NCBI GenBank assembly: GCA_040218735.1
Contig: JAVJQW010000067.1
Span: forward strand, 96,001 to 160,000
DNA length: 64,000 nt
Direction of reading: 5' to 3'
DNA from: Deltaproteobacteria bacterium
Lineage (GTDB): Bacteria; Myxococcota; Kuafuiibacteriia; Kuafuiibacteriales; Kuafuiibacteriaceae
A program made the translations under genes and the position numbers. The notes below the pieces were generated by a model. That model was not told where the DNA came from. It saw nothing but the letters and a program-made list of their open reading frames with translations, and searched no databases. Below are positions 9,331 through 20,850 of the stretch, one piece after another. The stretch's first letter is position 1, and every line of letters starts with the position of its first letter.

Positions 9331-11052
9331 TCAATCGTCGAGGATGCGCGCGACGATGTCGTCGATGCGCGTGGTCGCGCCGCTCGCCGTGGCCTCCGTG
9401 AGCTCGAAACGCAGGCGCGACGCACGCTCGGGCGTCAGGGCGTCGAGGCGCGCCCACGCGGCCGCCGTGCGCTCGGTGCGTTCGGCGCGGTCGGCGTCTT
9501 CGCTGCGTCCGCTGCGTTCCGTGCGTTCGGCGCCTGCGCTGCGTTCCGTGCGTTCCATGCGCTTGGTGCGTTGCCTGCGTTCGGCGTCTGCGCTGCGTTC
9601 CGTGCGTTCGGCGCCCACGCTGAGCACGCTGCGTTCGGTGGGTTCCGTGCGCTCGCTGCGTCCGGTGCGTTCGGTGCGGAGCGCAGCGGGAGGCTGGTTC
9701 GGCTCCAGCGCCGCGCGCTTCACGACCGGCGTCCTCTCCTTCGCGGCCGCCGCCGCCTCGCGTCGCGCCGCGCCGCGCGCTCCCTTGGGGGCCTCTCGCG
9801 GCCGCACCTGTGGCGTCGACTTCACCGCCGTCGCAGGGCTCGATCGCGGCGACCACCACGAGACGACGTCCCGCGCCGCGAACCCGGCGAACGCCGCGCA
9901 CGCAAGAGCGAGCGCCAACACGAGCCACGATGCTCCGCGACGTGCTCGCGTCGCCGGCGGCGGCGCCCAGTCACTCATCCGACGCGGCGTGCGGTCGTCG
10001 CGGGCCGTGGTCTCGGCGGTCACGAGCGCGCCCACCGAAGTCGTCGGCGCGAGGGTGTTCGTCGCGGGCATCGGCCGACGCGGCGCCTCCTCAGCGGCGG
10101 GTTCGAAGCGTTCGACCAGCGCGGCCAGATCGCGCTCCGCGGTGGTGTGTCCGTCGAGCGAAGGCAACAGACCCGTAAGCGCCTCCACCAGCTCGCGGTG
10201 CGTCGGTCGTTCGTCGGGGACGCGGTTCAAGCCCCGCGCAATCACGTCGGCGAGCGATCGTGGAAAGTCGGGACGAAGCGCATCGACCCTCGGCGCATCC
10301 CGCGTCACCAACCGCGCGACCATCGCCGCGAGGTCTCGGCCCTGAAACAGCCGCGTCCCCGTCGCACACTCGAAGAGGACGATGCTCGCGCTGAACACGT
10401 CGGACTTCTGATCGAGCGGCGCGCCGGTCGCCTGCTCCGGAGAGAAGTAGCCGGGCTTGCCGCGGAGCACCCCCGAAGCGGTCACGTGCGACTGAATCGC
10501 CGTCCGCGCGATTCCGAAGTCCGTGAGGCGCACGACCCCCGTCCGATCGACGAGGATGTTGTGCGGAGAGACATCGCGATGCACCAGCTGGAGCGGCCGG
10601 CCATCGTCGGACGGGAACGCGTGGGCGTAGTCGAGCCCGGCCGCCAACCGCAGCCCGATGTGCGCCACGACGGCCGGCGACATCGCCTCCTCGGCGTCGA
10701 CGAGCTGCCCGAGGAGCCGGTTGAGCGGGAGGCCGTCGACCAGCTCCATCGCGATGTAGATCCACTCACCCTCGCGGCCGAGGTCGATCGTCCGCACGAT
10801 CGACGGGTGCGAAAGCGCCGACGTCGCGCGCGCCTCGTCGATGAACATCACCGCGGTCTGCGACGTCATGCGGGGCGCACGCACCAGCTTCAGCGCGACC
10901 ACCTTCTCGAACCCGGCCCGCCCGGAGTACACCGCCGACCACACTTCGCCCATGCCCCCACGTCCGAGGCGCGAGAGAAGTGTGTACGCGCCGATCCGAT
11001 CCCGGGGAGCGGGACGTACCGCAAGCGGCTCCAAGGGGAGGCCTGCGCGCAT
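9331..11052 (-). CDS. Membrane-bound Hanks-type Ser/Thr protein kinase
   Basis: LGRGGMGEV, VALK, HRDVSPHN, DFG and GKPGYFSPE motifs; TM helix WLVLALALACAAFAGFAA. Exact start uncertain (11052, 11034 or 11085). Confidence 0.92.
   Translation of the reverse strand: MRAGLPLEPLAVRPAPRDRIGAYTLLSRLGRGGMGEVWSAVYSGRAGFEKVVALKLVRAPRMTSQTAVMFIDEARATSALSHPSIVRTIDLGREGEWIYIAMELVDGLPLNRLLGQLVDAEEAMSPAVVAHIGLRLAAGLDYAHAFPSDDGRPLQLVHRDVSPHNILVDRTGVVRLTDFGIARTAIQSHVTASGVLRGKPGYFSPEQATGAPLDQKSDVFSASIVLFECATGTRLFQGRDLAAMVARLVTRDAPRVDALRPDFPRSLADVIARGLNRVPDERPTHRELVEALTGLLPSLDGHTTAERDLAALVERFEPAAEEAPRRPMPATNTLAPTTSVGALVTAETTARDDRTPRRMSDWAPPPATRARRGASWLVLALALACAAFAGFAARDVVSWWSPRSSPATAVKSTPQVRPREAPKGARGAARREAAAAAKERTPVVKRAALEPNQPPAALRTERTGRSERTEPTERSVLSVGAERTERSADAERRQRTKRMERTERSAGAERTERSGRSEDADRAERTERTAAAWARLDALTPERASRLRFELTEATASGATTRIDDIVARILDD
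9466..9680 (-). repeat. Degenerate coding tandem repeats (ERT/ERS units) in the kinase's extracytoplasmic tail
   Basis: Repeated cgttccgtgcgttcgg-like units encoding AERTERS. Confidence 0.75.
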
Positions 11053-12382
11053 GTCCAACGGATTCGGAGAAGTCGAGACCATCAAGCGCGGTACGTCCGC
11101 GTCGGCGCTTCAGATCGCCGATTCACCCGGGAGGAGGTTGATCGTCTTCGGGCGCGGCCCCACCCGCACGATCGAGGTCCCCGAGGAGGGCCAGTGGCTC
11201 GTCGGGCGCGCGCCCGACGCTGCGTTGCGCCTCGACGACGGTGAGGTCTCGCGCGCACACGCACGTGTCACCTTCGGCCGTTCCGTCTTCATCGAGGATC
11301 TCGAGAGCGCCAACGGGACGCTGGTGCGCCTGGAGGCGGCCCGCGCCGGACGGCGCACGGAGGTCCGCACGGGCGACGCGGTGCAGATCGGCCCCTTCAC
11401 CCTCGTCCTCCTCGGGCAGCAACCCCTCGAGCGCGACGCACACGACTTCGTCATAGCGTCGTCGGCGATGCAGCAGCTCTACGACCTGATCGATCGCATC
11501 GCGGTGGGGAGCATCAGCGTCCTCATCTTCGGTGAGACCGGCGTCGGCAAGGAGGTCACCGCCGAGGCCGTGCACCTGCGCTCGCGTCGTCGCGACGGCC
11601 CGTTCGTTCGGCTCAACTGTGCCGCGCTCACCGAATCCATCATCGAGAGCGAGCTGTTCGGCTACGAGAAGGGGGCCTTCACCGGCGCCGTGGCGTCGAA
11701 GCGAGGGCTCATCGAAGCCGCCGACGGCGGAACGCTGTTCCTCGACGAGATCGGCGAGTTGCCGCTGTCGTCGCAAGTGAAGCTGCTGAGGGTCCTCGAA
11801 GAGCGGCGCGTGCGGCGGGTCGGCGCGCTCGAATCACACCCGGTCGACGTCCGCATCGTCGCCGCGACCAACCGCGATCTCGAGCGTGAGATCGCCGCGG
11901 GCAGCTTCCGGGAGGACCTCTACTTTCGGCTCAACGGCATGCCGCTGGAGGTCCCGCCGCTGCGTCTTCGCAAAAGCGAGATCGCGGCGCTGGCGGAGCG
12001 GTTCGTGACGCTCGTGTGCACACGCGACCCTCACCTCGTCCCGCCTCCGATCTCGACGCAGGCGTTGGCGCACCTCGAGCGCTACGACTGGCCCGGGAAC
12101 ATTCGCGAGCTCCGGAACGTCATCGAACGCGCCGTGCTGTTGGCGCAGGGCGGCACGATCGAGGTCGAGCACGTCCCGCTCGACGGCGTCGTGACGTCGA
12201 CGAAGACGGCCGCCGCCTTGCCCTCTCAGGTCCAGGCCTTCGAGCGGGATCGTATCGTCGCCGCGTTGGCCGCGTGCGACGGGAACCAGACCCAGGCCGC
12301 CGAGCGGCTGGGTATCGCGAGGCGGACGCTCATCAACCGCCTCGACCAGTACGACATCGAGCGTCCGCGGAAGGGGCGCTGA
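11051..12382 (+). CDS. FHA-domain sigma54-dependent transcriptional activator (AAA+ plus Fis HTH)
   Basis: GGGGAGG SD; FHA motifs VGR..VSRAH..SANGT; Walker A GETGVGKE; GAFTGA; Walker B FLDEIG; WPGNIREL; [15 protein letters not shown]. Confidence 0.95.
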   Translation: MSNGFGEVETIKRGTSASALQIADSPGRRLIVFGRGPTRTIEVPEEGQWLVGRAPDAALRLDDGEVSRAHARVTFGRSVFIEDLESANGTLVRLEAARAGRRTEVRTGDAVQIGPFTLVLLGQQPLERDAHDFVIASSAMQQLYDLIDRIAVGSISVLIFGETGVGKEVTAEAVHLRSRRRDGPFVRLNCAALTESIIESELFGYEKGAFTGAVASKRGLIEAADGGTLFLDEIGELPLSSQVKLLRVLEERRVRRVGALESHPVDVRIVAATNRDLEREIAAGSFREDLYFRLNGMPLEVPPLRLRKSEIAALAERFVTLVCTRDPHLVPPPISTQALAHLERYDWPGNIRELRNVIERAVLLAQGGTIEVEHVPLDGVVTSTKTAAALPSQVQAFERDRIVAALAACDGNQTQAAERLGIARRTLINRLDQYDIERPRKGR

Positions 12383-12383
12383 T

Positions 12384-12617
12384 TCACGCCGCCCGATCGA
12401 CATCTCGGTGCTCGAGCATCAGCCGCACCAGCGTCTCGCCGAGCTGCCGACTCACCGGGTCGGGCGACCCCTTCTTCACCGACAGCGGGCCCCCACTCGC
12501 ATTGAGCGCCGCGCGCCGCGCACGAATCTGCTCCGCGAGCGCGAGCTCCCCGAGCCCGGCGCTCTCCAGACGCTCCCAGATCAGACGCCGTCGCGCCGCC
12601 GCCTCCTCCGCCTTCAT
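12384..12617 (-). CDS. Small hypothetical protein (77 aa) coupled to the upstream gene
   Basis: MKAEEAAARRRL...; ATG overlaps the upstream stop (TGATG). Confidence 0.55.
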   Translation of the reverse strand: MKAEEAAARRRLIWERLESAGLGELALAEQIRARRAALNASGGPLSVKKGSPDPVSRQLGETLVRLMLEHRDVDRAA

Positions 12618-13081
12618 CAGCGCTGCCCAACTTCCGACGCCGCCTGCTTGGCGTTGCGATCGTAGGCCTGCACGCAGTTCGAGAGCGCGTCGAAGAGCAT
12701 CTGGCGCTCGTCCGTGAGGCGGTTGAGCTCGACGACCTGCACGTCGACCGAGCGCGACGGGTCGGTGTCCATCCCCGCGTTGATGGTGTCGACCTTCTCT
12801 CGGATGCGCTCGTCGGAGCTTCGCATCGCGCGGATGAGCAGCAACATGATGAGCTCGGCGATGGAGCGCCCGACCCCCGCGAGCGGATCCAAGCCCGCGT
12901 CGCGGACGAGGCGCATCGTCCCGTCGACGACGCCTGCGCCGTTGGGGCCGGCCACGGTCGGGAGCACCGGCGGCGGCGCCTGGCTCGCATCGTAGCCGTC
13001 GACGGGCGCCGCCGTCGGCACCTCCTCGGACGGCGGCGCCGTCGTAGAGATCGGGGTGGTGGTCGCGTTCGTGACGTTCAT
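12617..13081 (-). CDS. Small helical protein with Thr/Pro-rich N-terminus; C-terminus resembles type III needle/filament subunits
   Basis: 154 aa; ATG 13 nt below a sigma54 promoter. C-terminal helix SVDVQVVELNRLTDERQMLFDALSNCVQAYDRNAKQAASEVGQR. CDS solid, function inferred. Confidence 0.75.
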   Translation of the reverse strand: MNVTNATTTPISTTAPPSEEVPTAAPVDGYDASQAPPPVLPTVAGPNGAGVVDGTMRLVRDAGLDPLAGVGRSIAELIMLLLIRAMRSSDERIREKVDTINAGMDTDPSRSVDVQVVELNRLTDERQMLFDALSNCVQAYDRNAKQAASEVGQR

Positions 13082-13094
13082 GCCCGGACGTAGA

Positions 13095-13109
13095 GCAGCG
13101 ACCGTGCCA
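13095..13109 (-). promoter_or_regulatory. sigma54 (-24/-12) promoter
   Basis: Minus strand reads TGGCACGGTCGCTGC(T). Confidence 0.8.
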
Positions 13110-13136
13110 ACCGCGCCGCAGCCGCGTTCGCGCGCG

Positions 13137-13159
13137 GTCGTGCACGTCCTGGCACAACG
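13137..13159. promoter_or_regulatory. Putative enhancer-binding-protein site (copy 2)
   Basis: GTCGTGCA-N7-GCACAACG, 27 nt upstream of the sigma54 promoter; extra GTCGTGCAC half-site at 13159-13167. Confidence 0.7.
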
Positions 13160-13168
13160 TCGTGCACG

Positions 13169-14590
13169 CTACTGCTCGACGACGACGAGCGTCCCGCGGG
13201 CGCCCGCGACGACGAGGTCCTCACCTCCGTCGAGCGCGAGGTACGCGTCGGAGGGCGACGCGCCTTCGTCGCCGAGCGCGACGTTCACGCAGTCGATCGC
13301 GGTCGCGAACAACAGGACCCCTGCACAACCCAACGTCACCGCGATCCGCGGCCCGAACCGAGCCACGTCGTTGGCCGCGGACAGACGGCCCGCAGCGTCG
13401 AGGCACGGGGCGATCGATCGCGGGAGCGTCGGCGCATGTTCGACGAAGCCCGCCCCCTCCGCGCGGAGCACTCCGGGCGGGAGCGTCGTCATCCACGTCT
13501 CGTCGTCGGCGCTCACGGCGAGCCCGGTGGGGTCGACCGTCTCGGCGGACGTCAGGGTGCGGGTCGTGAACGTGTCGGTCGTGAGGTCGCCCTCGAAGAC
13601 GACGTTGGTCGCCGCGACGACATCACGCGTGGTCGCGCGCAGGACCCGCTCGACGCGACGACCGGGCGCAACCGGAAGGTCCGCGAGCCGCTCCACCCGC
13701 CCGTCGACGCGGAGCACGAGCCGCACGCCCTCCTCTCCCGCCGCGATGGCCTCCCCGGCGGCGTCGAACGCGACGGCGCGCAGGCCGCGGTCGGCTACGA
13801 CCGTCGCGGTGCCCGCCCACGTGAGCGTGCGGCCGACGATCGAGAACGTGTACAGGCGCCCTTCGACACACGCGGGATCTTGGTCGCAGCCGCGCGCGGT
13901 CGCGGCGACGACGCCCGAGAAGCCGTCTTCGTTTCGGACGACGTCGAGGTCGAGCGCCTCGACGTTCGTCGCGCCGTCCAGCGGGAGGAGCTCGTCGTGG
14001 GTCGGTGCGCCGGGGAGGTCGTCGCGCGTGAAGAGGTAGATGTTACCGCGCGACATCGCGACCGCACGGTCGTCGTCGAGCCTGCGCACTCGGGTGAGGT
14101 CCGCGGCGTAGGCCGGCGCGGAGGGCAAGAGTGAAGCGGCGGTCGCAAACGGGACGAGGCGCGCCGCCGCGCACTGCGGGGGCGCCGGCTCGGACCACGT
14201 CAGCGCTTTAGCGACCTCGCGATCCGTCGCGACGAACCGATCTTTCTCCAGCAAGAGGATCTCCACGTCGGCGGGTACGGGGCCCTCGATCCGTGACGCA
14301 CCGTCGAACGTCGGCGCGTCGGGCGGCGCCCCCAACGCGAGGCCCGCGCCCTCACCGAGCGGCGCGCGGAGCAAGATGAGTTGCGCCTCGTCGAGGTCGA
14401 CGGACAGGCGTGTCCGTGGCTCCGTCCGCCCGTCGACGATCGTGAACGGCCCGACGATCTCGACCGGGGCGGCCCCTTCGACGACGACCGCGAACGCCAC
14501 CGGCGCGTCGAGCCCCTCCAGCGTCACGTCGAGCTGGCGGGAGCCACAGCCGAGCAAGAGCGCGGCCGCCGCGACGCACCAGGACCGCAT
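13169..14590 (-). CDS. Lipoprotein, probable beta-propeller C-terminal region
   Basis: MRSWCVAAAALLLG-C lipobox; repeated beta-strand blades such as LRAVAFD, IAAGEEG and VVAGARGTLV. Confidence 0.7.
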   Translation of the reverse strand: MRSWCVAAAALLLGCGSRQLDVTLEGLDAPVAFAVVVEGAAPVEIVGPFTIVDGRTEPRTRLSVDLDEAQLILLRAPLGEGAGLALGAPPDAPTFDGASRIEGPVPADVEILLLEKDRFVATDREVAKALTWSEPAPPQCAAARLVPFATAASLLPSAPAYAADLTRVRRLDDDRAVAMSRGNIYLFTRDDLPGAPTHDELLPLDGATNVEALDLDVVRNEDGFSGVVAATARGCDQDPACVEGRLYTFSIVGRTLTWAGTATVVADRGLRAVAFDAAGEAIAAGEEGVRLVLRVDGRVERLADLPVAPGRRVERVLRATTRDVVAATNVVFEGDLTTDTFTTRTLTSAETVDPTGLAVSADDETWMTTLPPGVLRAEGAGFVEHAPTLPRSIAPCLDAAGRLSAANDVARFGPRIAVTLGCAGVLLFATAIDCVNVALGDEGASPSDAYLALDGGEDLVVAGARGTLVVVEQ

Positions 14591-14630
14591 GGCTCCGAAC
14601 GATATCAGAAGACGTGGTAGCGTCCGGCGC

Positions 14631-15356
14631 GTGGTGGGCCTCGTCGCGATCGTCGTCGTGGCCGGACTCGACGCCGATCCCGCCGAGCTTCGCCGGACCG
14701 CAGCACGCGCGATCACGACGCACACCACCCTCGACGTCTCCGCCGACGACCTCTTCGCGCCGGACCTGTCCCGCGAGACCGTCGCGGCCTGCGCGACGGA
14801 CGATCGTTGTTTTCGCGCGCGCATCCGCGACAGCGGCTTCGGCGGGCGCTACGTCGTCGTGATCTCCGCGGCCGACAGCCCCGCGGGCGCAGTATCAGCG
14901 GTGCGCGTCGTGGACGCCGAAGGTCGAACGGTGGGCCGCGCGAGCGGCGCGCTGATCCCCGGCGCGCTCGATGCGCAGCTGAAGGCGGCCTTCCCGTCGG
15001 AGGTGTGGGGCGCGGTCGCGACCGTCGCGATCCGCAGCGCCCCCGCGGGTGCCACGGCGACGTTCGACGGACGTCGCTGCCAGACCCCGTGCCCACCAAG
15101 ACGGGTGGCCCCCGGACGTCACGACGTCCGGATCGAGCAGCTGTCGTACGAGCCCTTCGCGACGACCTTCGACGTCCGACGAGGCGACGACCACGTCATC
15201 GATGCCGTGCTGAACGACGTTCCCGCGCGCCCCGTGTACACACGCTGGTGGTTCTGGACCGCCGCCGCCGCGGTCGTCGCTGCGGGTGTGACCACCGCGG
15301 TCGTCGTCGGGACGCGCTCGGGTCCGACCGATGTGTGCCTCGGCGGCGGGTGTTAG
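14631..15356 (+). CDS. PEGA domain-containing protein
   Basis: SAPAGATATFDG..TP..PGRHDVRI PEGA pattern and PVYTRWWFW C-terminal motif. Start at GTG 14631 (alternative ATG 14589). Confidence 0.75.
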   Translation: MVGLVAIVVVAGLDADPAELRRTAARAITTHTTLDVSADDLFAPDLSRETVAACATDDRCFRARIRDSGFGGRYVVVISAADSPAGAVSAVRVVDAEGRTVGRASGALIPGALDAQLKAAFPSEVWGAVATVAIRSAPAGATATFDGRRCQTPCPPRRVAPGRHDVRIEQLSYEPFATTFDVRRGDDHVIDAVLNDVPARPVYTRWWFWTAAAAVVAAGVTTAVVVGTRSGPTDVCLGGGC

Positions 15357-15360
15357 TCCT

Positions 15361-16044
15361 TCAATGCGAGGACGGGAGCGCGCGGGCGCGAACGCCACCG
15401 AGCAGCGCGAGGAGCTCTTCGCTCGAGAGGTCGTCGGGTACGCCGAGCGCGTGCGGCACGCCGCCCTGCTCGTACGCGACACCCTCCCCCAACCGGCCGA
15501 GGCCGGTGATCGCGGGCCACCGCACGATCGAGCGCAGTGAAGCGTCCCGCGTGATCCCGGCGCGCAGCACGCGGACCGCCGGCGTGCGCGCGTCCTCGTG
15601 GCGGAGCGTCACGATCACACACTCGCCCTCGCCCGCCGCGTCGATCAGCGTCGACGCATCGCCGCGCGCGAGGCGCGACGGACCGCGAGGGTCCGGACGG
15701 AGCGGCGGCCCCCACCGGCCCTTCGCGTGGAAGTGCGCCGCGACCGGGTCCTCGACGTAGAGCACGTCCTCGCCGGCGACGAATCGGTACCCCGAGTCCG
15801 CGCGCTCGACGTTCGCCGGGTTCGGCGCGAGCAACGCGCGCGCGAGGTCATACGCCATCCCGTGCGCCCCCTCGCCGGACAGCGACGCGAGCACGGCGCG
15901 GTCCTCGGCCCGGCCCGCGCGCGCCATCGTCAACGCGAGCTGCGCGCGGCGGTCGGGGGCCAGCTCGGGATCCGCGAGATCCTCGGCGATGCCATCGAGG
16001 GCCGGATCCGTGATCCCCGCCTCCTGCGCCACCGCGAGGAGCAA
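15361..16044 (-). CDS. Hypothetical protein downstream of gyrA
   Basis: 227-aa ORF co-oriented with gyrA; may start at CTG 16086, overlapping the gyrA stop. Confidence 0.55.
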   Translation of the reverse strand: MLLAVAQEAGITDPALDGIAEDLADPELAPDRRAQLALTMARAGRAEDRAVLASLSGEGAHGMAYDLARALLAPNPANVERADSGYRFVAGEDVLYVEDPVAAHFHAKGRWGPPLRPDPRGPSRLARGDASTLIDAAGEGECVIVTLRHEDARTPAVRVLRAGITRDASLRSIVRWPAITGLGRLGEGVAYEQGGVPHALGVPDDLSSEELLALLGGVRARALPSSH

Positions 16045-16082
16045 CCCCTCCGGCCCGAGGTCCGCGGCGAGGTAATGCTCGG

Positions 16083-18737
<2,655 letters not shown>

Positions 18738-18812
18738 ACTAAAAGAGACGGTTGTCTAGCCCGGCGTGCGTGGGTGGTAAAGCGCTAGGTTTGGCGCTAG
18801 CTTCCGCGCGCG

Positions 18813-20168
18813 ATGACCGACAAAGACGCCATCCGCGAACAATTCTCGGCCCACCAGATCCGACGCGTGAAGATCGGCGGATTCGACGTCGACGGGGTCC
18901 TGCGCGGCAAGTACGTCTCGCCCGAGAAGTTCTGGTCGATCGTCGACGGCGGCATGGGGTTTTGCGACGTCATCTTCGGCTGGGACTCCGCGGACGTCTG
19001 CTACGAGGACGCGAAGTTCACCGGCTGGCACACCGGCTACCCGGACACCCCCGCGAAGATCGATCTGGACACCTTCCGCGTGATCCCCTGGGAGCCCGGG
19101 ACCGCCGCGTTCATCCTCGACTTCGAAGCGCAGGACGGAACACCGACCGCCGTATCCCCGCGCCAGCTCCTCCGATCCGTCCTGAAACGCGCCGACGACA
19201 TGGGCTTCGCGGTGACCGCCGCGATGGAGTTCGAGTTCTTCATCTACCAAGAGGAGCCCGAGGAGCTGCGCGAGCGCGGCTTCTTCCGCCCCCGCCCGCT
19301 GTCACCCGGGATGTTCGGCTACTCATGGCTCCGCACGTCGCAGAGCTCGGGGCTGGTGCACGACCTGTTGGACGCGTGCGACGAGTTCGGCCTCCCGATC
19401 GAAGGTTTCCACACCGAGACCGGCCCCGGCGTCTTCGAGGCGGCGCTGCGCTACACAAACGCGCTCGAAGCCGCCGATCGCGCCGCGCTGTTCAAGACGG
19501 TGGTGAAGGAGATCTGCAGCCACCGCGACCTGATGGCGACCTTCATGGCGAAGCCCGCGAACGGCCTACCGGGTTGCTCGGGACACACGCACCAGTCGCT
19601 GCAACACAAGGACTCGGGCGCGTCGGCGTTCTTCGATCCGAACGCCGACCGCGGCATGAGCCAGACCTGTCGCCAGTACCTCGCCGGGCAGCTCGCGCTC
19701 CTCCCGGACATCGCCGCGCTCCTCGCGCCGAACATCAACAGCTACAAGCGACTCCTCGACGGGAACTGGGCGCCGAACGCCGCGACGTGGGGCGTCGAAA
19801 ACCGCACCTGCGCCATCCGCTACATCCCGGGCACCGACAAATCGACGCGCCTCGAGCACCGCTTCCCCGCCGCCGACACGAACCCGCACACCGCGCTCGC
19901 CGCGATGATCGCGACGGGCCTGTACGGGATCGAAAACGGGCTCGAGCCGCAGGACGCAGTGTCCGGCAACGGCTACACGACGGACGCGCCGAAGATCCCG
20001 ATGTCCCTGCACGCGGCGACGGACGCGCTGGAGAACAGCGCGACGGTGAAGGAGATCCTGACCCCCGACTTCATCGACCACTACGTGATGTCGCGGCGCT
20101 GGGAGGTGCTGCAGTCCGAGAAGGCGGTGACGGACTGGGAGCTGCGGCGCTACTTCGAGCTCGCGTAG
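18813..20168 (+). CDS. Glutamine synthetase family protein (gamma-glutamyl-amine ligase-like subgroup)
   Basis: DVDGVLRGK, EFEFF, HTETGPGVFE, ATFMAKP, SGHTHQSL, NSYKRL, WGVENRT and EHRFPAAD.NP motifs. Confidence 0.93.
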   Translation: MTDKDAIREQFSAHQIRRVKIGGFDVDGVLRGKYVSPEKFWSIVDGGMGFCDVIFGWDSADVCYEDAKFTGWHTGYPDTPAKIDLDTFRVIPWEPGTAAFILDFEAQDGTPTAVSPRQLLRSVLKRADDMGFAVTAAMEFEFFIYQEEPEELRERGFFRPRPLSPGMFGYSWLRTSQSSGLVHDLLDACDEFGLPIEGFHTETGPGVFEAALRYTNALEAADRAALFKTVVKEICSHRDLMATFMAKPANGLPGCSGHTHQSLQHKDSGASAFFDPNADRGMSQTCRQYLAGQLALLPDIAALLAPNINSYKRLLDGNWAPNAATWGVENRTCAIRYIPGTDKSTRLEHRFPAADTNPHTALAAMIATGLYGIENGLEPQDAVSGNGYTTDAPKIPMSLHAATDALENSATVKEILTPDFIDHYVMSRRWEVLQSEKAVTDWELRRYFELA

Positions 20169-20192
20169 CTCGGTCCGGCGGGCCTCGCCGCT

Positions 20193-20825
20193 TCAGCGGA
20201 TCCAACCCGGCGGCACACTCGCCTTGCGCGCCTCCTCGGGGATCGCGACGGTCAGCTCGTGGTTGAGCTCGTCGATCTCCTTTTCGAGCGCGTCCATCTT
20301 CTTCTTCGCGTCGTCCATCTGCTTCTGCTGCCCGGGCAGCAGCCCGTAGCCGCCCTTGATGGCGATGGCGTTGTACGTCTTCTGCTCCTTGTCGAACTCG
20401 GCGAGCGCTGCCTTCAGCCGCTGCCGCGCGCTCTTCACGCGGTTGCGCCAGAACTCCTCCGTCTGCGCGCGTGCCTTTCGACGCTCCCGGATGTGCTCGA
20501 GCTGCAGGTCGATCGCCTGGATGCGGCGCTGGCGCTCCTCCTCCTCGATCTTCGCCTGGAGTAGGCGCTGGCGCTCGGCCTTCATGCGCTCGCTCTCGAC
20601 GCTGTCCTTGCCGCGCGCCTTCTCGATCTTGCGTAGGCGCTCCGCGCGGTCCCGCTCGAGGTTGTTGTAGTAAGCGCGCCGCTCGGACGGGAGCTGCGCG
20701 AGGCTGTCCGTGTAGACGATCGTCCCGTCTTTCTTCTTGAACTTGTAGACCTGTGCCGAGGCGCCGGCCGACAGCAGCGAGAAACCGAAGGCCACCAACA
20801 GGGCCGTGGACATCCTGCGCATCAT
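20193..20825 (-). CDS. DUF4124-like secreted coiled-coil protein
   Basis: Signal peptide, VYKFKKKDGTIVYTDS motif, long coiled coil, C-terminal ARKASVPPGWIR. Confidence 0.8.
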   Translation of the reverse strand: MMRRMSTALLVAFGFSLLSAGASAQVYKFKKKDGTIVYTDSLAQLPSERRAYYNNLERDRAERLRKIEKARGKDSVESERMKAERQRLLQAKIEEEERQRRIQAIDLQLEHIRERRKARAQTEEFWRNRVKSARQRLKAALAEFDKEQKTYNAIAIKGGYGLLPGQQKQMDDAKKKMDALEKEIDELNHELTVAIPEEARKASVPPGWIR

Positions 20826-20850
20826 GCTCGCTAGTATGGCACACCCGCCG

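Noticed and set aside
18813-20168. Canonical glnA
   Set aside because: Lacks the adenylylation-site region of GSI-beta and looks like the gamma-glutamyl-amine ligase subgroup; symbol withheld.
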